A stretch of 39,407 bases of DNA from Candidatus Gribaldobacteria bacterium (GTDB lineage: Bacteria; Patescibacteriota; Minisyncoccia; Minisyncoccales; CG1-02-41-26), in contig JAPLWE010000058.1 of NCBI GenBank assembly GCA_026396705.1, positions 1 to 39,407 on the forward strand, in the 5' to 3' direction. The notes under the pieces were generated by a model. That model was given only the letters and a program-made list of their open reading frames with translations. It was not told the origin of the DNA and made no database searches. Below are positions 34,330-39,407 of the stretch, in pieces. Numbering within the stretch: the first letter of the stretch is position 1; every line of letters starts with the position of its first letter. The position numbers were made by a program, and so were the translations under genes.

Positions 34330-36762
34330 ATGAAAGGCAATGGTCACGATTTTAGTGGCAAAACAATTTTAATGGTTAATACTACTTCTTGGGGTTTTTC
34401 AGATAAGTTTATTTTTAAAACTTTGAAGAAAATGGGCTTGAGCATTGTTTGCTTAAATAAAGAAAAAAATTGGGCCGAGCCTTATGTTGATGAATGGATT
34501 ATTGCTGACAACACTAACCATGTGGAAGCTATTCAGGCGGTTAAAGATTTTATCTCGCAAAACCCTAGGAAGATTGACGGTGTTTTAACTTTTTTAGAAG
34601 ATGAAGTTTTACTTACTTCTAAAATCGTGGAAAAGTTTAATTTTCTTGGCACTCCTCATAGCGTCGCCAAGAAAGTGCGTAATAAGTATTTGTTTCGTCA
34701 GTTTTGCCGCGACAATAATTTGCCTGCTCCCCGCCATACTATTTTGTTGAAATCAGTCAAAAGTATTGGCGATCTACCAGAGGATTTTACTTTTCCAGCG
34801 GTCATTAAGCCAATTTTCGGTTGCGGCAGCGCTTATGTTATCAAAGTTAACAACAAAGAAGAGCTAGCCAACACCTTTAATTACATTAAAAAAAATATTG
34901 CCGCCGCTACGGCCGCTGAAGGATCTTTTTTTGACGGCTTAGATATTTTAGTAGAGGGGTATATTGATGGAGACGAAGTTGATGTTGATATTGTTTTGCA
35001 AAATGGCAAAATAAAATTTTATTCTATTTCTGATAATTACCAAACTAGGGAGCCATTTTTTGTGGAAACTGGCCAGGCCATTCCTACTAGTTTGTCGGTT
35101 AAAAATCAAGCTGATTTAATTGGCCTAGCTGAAGAAGTTTTAGAAAAGTTAGGCATACAAAATAGCATTGTTCATTTCGAGGCTAAGTCAACGCCAAACG
35201 GCCCAGTGCCCATTGAGTTAGGTTTGCGTATGGGCGGAGACGAAGTCCATTCGTTTGTTAAGGGGGCTTGGGGCGTAGATTTGGTAGAAAATGCCGCTAA
35301 AATTGCTTTGGGAGCCTATATACCAAAAATTCAAAAACCTGACGCGCCTAAAAAATATATTACTGGTGTTTATTTCTTGTCTAATTATTCTGGCGTTCTA
35401 ACTAAAATCAATGTTAATGAAGAAATCAGAACTAAAAAATATTTAGAAGAGTTGCATTTTTTCAAAAAAGTTGGCGAGCCAGTGCTGGCGCCGCCCGAGG
35501 GCTATGAATTTATGGGCTGGACAACTGTTTCGGGCTATAGTTTGCCTGACGCGCAAGAAAATCTTAAAGAGGCTTTGAAATTCATTGATTATGAAGTAGC
35601 TAAATTTACGCCTGATTCGTCAATTGGTCGCACTAGCCGTGAAAATAGTTTTTCACACGCTTCGTTAAATACCAAGTTGCTCATTCAGGCCGCTAAAATA
35701 GAAAAGATTAAGTTGGTGGCCGGAGATGACCAACGCGATTTACGAATAGGCATAGCCAGCAATCTTGAGGAAGATGAATCTGAAGGAAACGGCGAGTCAG
35801 TTATTCAGCCATCTTTGGCTAAAATAATTGAAAAGACTCTTAAGGAGCGCGGTTATCGCACTACTTTATTCGATTTTAATAACATAGAAAAAGTAATGAA
35901 AGAACTGAAAACAAAAGCAAAAAATGTTGACTTAATTTTTAACGCTTGTGAAAAAATTAATAATTCTATTCAATTAAAATCTCACGCTGCCGCTCTTTTG
36001 GATATTTTGCAGTTGCCCTATACCGGATCAAGCCCGTTTGCTTTGTCGCTGTGTCGCGATAAAATTCAATCTAAAAAATTATTGGCTTACCATGGCATTC
36101 CCACACCTAAATGGGATTATGTTTATACGGTAGATGAAGAAGTAGATGAAACCTTAAAATATCCTTTGATTGTTAAGCCCTCAAATATGGATGATTCTTT
36201 TGGCATTACCAATGAATCCGTGGTTACCAATAAAGAAGATTTACAGCGAGAAATTCGCAAGGTGGTTGAAGATTTACATTGTCCAGCTTTAATTGAAGAA
36301 TATATTGAGGGGGACGAGTATGATGTGCCTATTTTGGGTAATGATGAAGCCGACTTGCAGGTTTTGCCATTGTCTCGCGCTATTTTTAAGGATATGCCAT
36401 TGGGCAAATGGCATATTATTACCAATGAAATGAAGATATCTGCTCAATCGCTGGCTGAATGGGGTATAATTTTGCAGCGGCCTCCTAAAAATATTGATAA
36501 AAAATTAGAAACTTTAATCACGGAGATTGCTTTGGACACTTACAATATCTTGGAATGTCGCGATTATGGTCGAGTAGAAATAAGAGTGGGGCAAGACGGC
36601 AATCCTTATGTTTTAGAATTAAATGCCAATCCCCCATTGGTGCCTTCCTCGTCTATTTCTGACGTGGCTCAATTGGCTGGCTTAAGCTATGAAGAACTTT
36701 TAGAAAAAATAATCACTTTAGCAGTAAAGCGTTATCAACAAAATTCTTCACAATTAACTTAA
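34330..36762 (+). CDS. Double ATP-grasp fusion: L-amino-acid-ligase-like N-half and Ddl-like C-half
   Basis: N-half: RNKYLFR, VIKPIFGCGS, VEGYIDG, HFEAK, IELGLRMGG. C-half: DLIFNACE, PYTGS, DKIQSK, IVKPSNMDDSFGI, IEEYIEG, YGRVEIR, LELNANP. Confidence 0.85.
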   Translation: MKGNGHDFSGKTILMVNTTSWGFSDKFIFKTLKKMGLSIVCLNKEKNWAEPYVDEWIIADNTNHVEAIQAVKDFISQNPRKIDGVLTFLEDEVLLTSKIVEKFNFLGTPHSVAKKVRNKYLFRQFCRDNNLPAPRHTILLKSVKSIGDLPEDFTFPAVIKPIFGCGSAYVIKVNNKEELANTFNYIKKNIAAATAAEGSFFDGLDILVEGYIDGDEVDVDIVLQNGKIKFYSISDNYQTREPFFVETGQAIPTSLSVKNQADLIGLAEEVLEKLGIQNSIVHFEAKSTPNGPVPIELGLRMGGDEVHSFVKGAWGVDLVENAAKIALGAYIPKIQKPDAPKKYITGVYFLSNYSGVLTKINVNEEIRTKKYLEELHFFKKVGEPVLAPPEGYEFMGWTTVSGYSLPDAQENLKEALKFIDYEVAKFTPDSSIGRTSRENSFSHASLNTKLLIQAAKIEKIKLVAGDDQRDLRIGIASNLEEDESEGNGESVIQPSLAKIIEKTLKERGYRTTLFDFNNIEKVMKELKTKAKNVDLIFNACEKINNSIQLKSHAAALLDILQLPYTGSSPFALSLCRDKIQSKKLLAYHGIPTPKWDYVYTVDEEVDETLKYPLIVKPSNMDDSFGITNESVVTNKEDLQREIRKVVEDLHCPALIEEYIEGDEYDVPILGNDEADLQVLPLSRAIFKDMPLGKWHIITNEMKISAQSLAEWGIILQRPPKNIDKKLETLITEIALDTYNILECRDYGRVEIRVGQDGNPYVLELNANPPLVPSSSISDVAQLAGLSYEELLEKIITLAVKRYQQNSSQLT

Positions 36763-37703
36763 TGACATCATCTTATATAGAAACAGATATAAAAAAATGC
36801 GAATTGTTATGGGAAGAATTTAGCCCCAAACAATCGCTTTTTGATTTATGGAATTTTCGTTGGGCTTTTTATGTGGCTTATCAATATCAGCCGTATTTTA
36901 TTGTTTTGCAAGAAAATAGCCAAAATAGCGGGCTTTTGCCATTGTGGTATGAAAAAGAAAAAAACAAATATTTTTGGTTTGGCAGCTGGTGGCAAGAAGA
37001 TAATTATTTTTGGTTAAAAAATCCAGCCGACCTTCCGCATTTGCTTGCTTTGTGCCCTTTGCCCGCTTGCCTCAATGGCATTATTTTTGAAAAAATCGCT
37101 GATATTATCCCTGAACAAGAAAAAGATAATTTTCAGCCCGATGATCCAAAGTATATTTTAGAGTTAGACCAAGTTAGATCGTTTGAATATTATTTGGCTG
37201 GCCTGAAAAAAGAACGCCGAAAGGCCATTAAAAAAGATTTATTTTTAATAGAAAAACAAAATCCTGAAATTATTCTGGATAATTTTAATGATTTTGATGC
37301 TTTAGTGGCCTTAAGCAAGCAAAGATTTATTAACGAGAAAGAAGACAAAAATGATCCTTGGTATGACCCAGCCTTAAAAGATATCAGAAGAGTTGAGGCT
37401 TTGCGCAATATTATTAAATACCAAATGCCCCAACAGAACTATCAAGTTAAGATGATTACTGTCAAAATTAATCAAAAAATAGCTGGCGTTGATTTGGTGG
37501 CTATTTTTAATAATTGCTATTATGCCTTAGTGGGTGGTTATGACACAGAAAATTTTCCGGGTATTGGCAATTATTTAAATATGCTTAATATCAAGGGCGC
37601 CTTGGATCTTGGCTTAAAAAAAGTTGACGCCTTACAGAGTGATTGCGGTTGGAAACATCGTTGGTATCAAGAGAAACCGCTTTATTACTTTTCTAAGGAA
37701 TAG
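36762..37703 (+). CDS. GNAT-fold protein (Acetyltransf_6 / FemAB-like)
   Basis: FEYYLAGLKKERRKAIKK, KIAGVDL, YYALVGGYD, PGIGNYL, VDAL...GWKHRW. Confidence 0.7.
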   Translation: MTSSYIETDIKKCELLWEEFSPKQSLFDLWNFRWAFYVAYQYQPYFIVLQENSQNSGLLPLWYEKEKNKYFWFGSWWQEDNYFWLKNPADLPHLLALCPLPACLNGIIFEKIADIIPEQEKDNFQPDDPKYILELDQVRSFEYYLAGLKKERRKAIKKDLFLIEKQNPEIILDNFNDFDALVALSKQRFINEKEDKNDPWYDPALKDIRRVEALRNIIKYQMPQQNYQVKMITVKINQKIAGVDLVAIFNNCYYALVGGYDTENFPGIGNYLNMLNIKGALDLGLKKVDALQSDCGWKHRWYQEKPLYYFSKE

Positions 37704-37704
37704 T

Positions 37705-39051
37705 ATGGCTACTAATAAAAAGATAAAGTTGGGAGTATTTTTAGATGATCTGGAGTTTATTTTATTTTCTCTCAAAAAAAATTTATTGCCAATAGAAATT
37801 GTCTATTTTGTTAATAAAACATCAAATGTTTTATCAATTTTACCTAAAGACGCAAAAATAGCTTATTATTCCTTTGAAAAAGGCTATGCTTTACAGGAGG
37901 GCGAGGATTTTCTTAAGGCAGTTGTTGCGCGCTCAAATTTCACTAAAATTGCCAAGGAGAAAAAAGTTTCTTGTTTTTGGCTTTCTCTTTGCCAGGAAAA
38001 TGTTGATTTTGTGAGTTTGTGGGCTCATAAAAATAATTTTTCTTTGATCGGTAGGCCTGATTTAATCAAAAAATTAGAAAATAAAATATTTTTTGATAGA
38101 TTTTTAGCTAAGCACAACATTAAAAAACCAAACAGCCAAGAGATATTTTACGAACAAGGAAAAAATATTGAATTTAAGCATCCTTTTGTTTTACAAGATC
38201 CTGTTTCATCGGGAGGAGAAGGAACTTTTTTTATTAAAAATAAAAACAGCTTAAAGCAACTCAATAAGTCTATTCTAAGAGATAAAGCCAAACTGCTTTT
38301 AAGGGAATTGGTTTACGGGACGCCTTGCGGGATAACTTTATTTATTGATAAGGATCGCGCCATAACTTCTTCTGTTAGAAGGCAATGTTTTGAGAATGCG
38401 GATAATTTGGCTAGAAGGGTTTTTCTGGGGGTTCAATTTTTGCCATATTCTCATTTTAATAAAAAAGAAACAGAGGAAATAAATAAAACATTTTTTCAAA
38501 TTAGTTCTATTTTTAGAGAAAATAAATGGTTTGGGTTATTTAATTTTGATTTTATAATTTCAAAAAAAGGAGAGATTTATTTAATTGAGTGCAATCCAAG
38601 GATTTCCGCTGCATCTTCTTTATTATTCTATTATCCAGAGCTTAATAATGGCTTTAATATTGCTGAAGTTTTTTTAGAAAGTTTATTTAAAGAAAAAGTT
38701 CAAAAAGAATCATTTATTTTTTATGGCCTAGGCAAAAATCAATTTCAAGGCTCAATTTTCTATCTTGATATTGAAGTTTCTGCTGGTAAAAGCATTAAAA
38801 TAAAAAAAGTTTTTAAGGAAGGAGTTTATGAACAAACAGATAGTAATATTTTGTTTTTATCTTATAACTTAAATAAAATAAGCTCGCCTAACAAGCGGTT
38901 TATTCTAAAAAATGAGGTTTGTGTTGGCGAAGTTTACAAGAAAGCCTTTACTACTAGCACCATTCTGTCCAACTATCCCCTCTTTGATTCTAAAGGCGCT
39001 CTTTCGCAAGCCGGAGAAATTATAAAAAAGAAATTTAATTATGTTGATTAA
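37705..39051 (+). CDS. ATP-grasp domain protein
   Basis: LENKIFFDRFL, FVLQ..SSGGEGTF, FNFDF, YLIECNPRISA. Start reassigned to the ATG just after the GNAT stop. Confidence 0.8.
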   Translation: MATNKKIKLGVFLDDLEFILFSLKKNLLPIEIVYFVNKTSNVLSILPKDAKIAYYSFEKGYALQEGEDFLKAVVARSNFTKIAKEKKVSCFWLSLCQENVDFVSLWAHKNNFSLIGRPDLIKKLENKIFFDRFLAKHNIKKPNSQEIFYEQGKNIEFKHPFVLQDPVSSGGEGTFFIKNKNSLKQLNKSILRDKAKLLLRELVYGTPCGITLFIDKDRAITSSVRRQCFENADNLARRVFLGVQFLPYSHFNKKETEEINKTFFQISSIFRENKWFGLFNFDFIISKKGEIYLIECNPRISAASSLLFYYPELNNGFNIAEVFLESLFKEKVQKESFIFYGLGKNQFQGSIFYLDIEVSAGKSIKIKKVFKEGVYEQTDSNILFLSYNLNKISSPNKRFILKNEVCVGEVYKKAFTTSTILSNYPLFDSKGALSQAGEIIKKKFNYVD

Positions 39052-39407
39052 AGAAACCATCACGAAAAAAAAGTTGATAATGGATATGGTCGGCAAACAT
39101 AGTTCTCCATTTTTTATTTTTGACAAGAAACAGCTTTTTTTGAGTTTTAATCAGTTTGCTGATGCTTTTTCTATTATTTTGCCCAAAGAAAATATTTTTT
39201 ACGCTGTTAAATCAAATACCTATCTTCCTTTGGTTAAAGAGATTGTTAAACTTGGGGGCAGTTTAGATGTTTCAAGCGCGAGCGAGTTTGAGATGGCCTT
39301 GAAATGCGGGTCTAAAAAAATTCTTTTTTCTGGGACGGGTAAAACTTTAAATGATTTGAGTTTGGCTGTTTCAAACAGAGAAAAAGTTATTGTAAACATA
39401 GACAGCT
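39041..39407 (+). CDS. PLP-dependent Orn/DAP/Arg decarboxylase family (LysA-like), partial
   Basis: Manual translation MLIKETITKK...SPFFIFD...FYAVKSN...LDVSSASE...FSGTGKT...VNIDS. YAVKSN carries the PLP lysine. Not in the ORF track. Confidence 0.88.
   Translation, partial: MLIKETITKKKLIMDMVGKHSSPFFIFDKKQLFLSFNQFADAFSIILPKENIFYAVKSNTYLPLVKEIVKLGGSLDVSSASEFEMALKCGSKKILFSGTGKTLNDLSLAVSNREKVIVNIDS

Noticed and set aside
1..39407. Alternative genetic code (TGA read as Gly or Trp)
   Set aside because: Conserved genes are full length under code 11 and several end at TGA in the expected position.

Overview
AT-rich bacterial chromosome segment, most consistent with a Patescibacteria/CPR (Parcubacteria-like) genome. 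This is inferred from the gene mix, the reduced ValRS, the archaeal-type UMP kinase and mostly SD-less leaders. TGA is used as stop. The backbone is mostly minus-strand housekeeping: cell wall and division genes (ftsW partial, murD, mraY, a DD-carboxypeptidase, murC, murF, ftsQ), five aminoacyl-tRNA synthetases (tyrS, argS, valS, serS, lysS), pyrH, corA, and grpE-dnaK-dnaJ followed by tRNA-Lys(UUU). There is also a five-gene alpha-glucan/glycogen cluster and a RelE-type TA pair. The main unexplained signals are: (1) a family of ~165-bp intergenic palindromic elements whose diverged copies covary in a pseudoknot and a tandem G.A hairpin; (2) short REP-like palindromes lying in frame inside murD and a ROK gene; (3) an HTH-HNH-CxxC gene in the usual hrcA position behind a CIRCE with an 8-bp spacer; (4) a divergent operon of a double ATP-grasp fusion, a GNAT, another ATP-grasp and a PLP decarboxylase; (5) repeated 16-bp promoter spacers. 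All calls come from reading the sequence and recognising motifs. No searches or folding programs were run.
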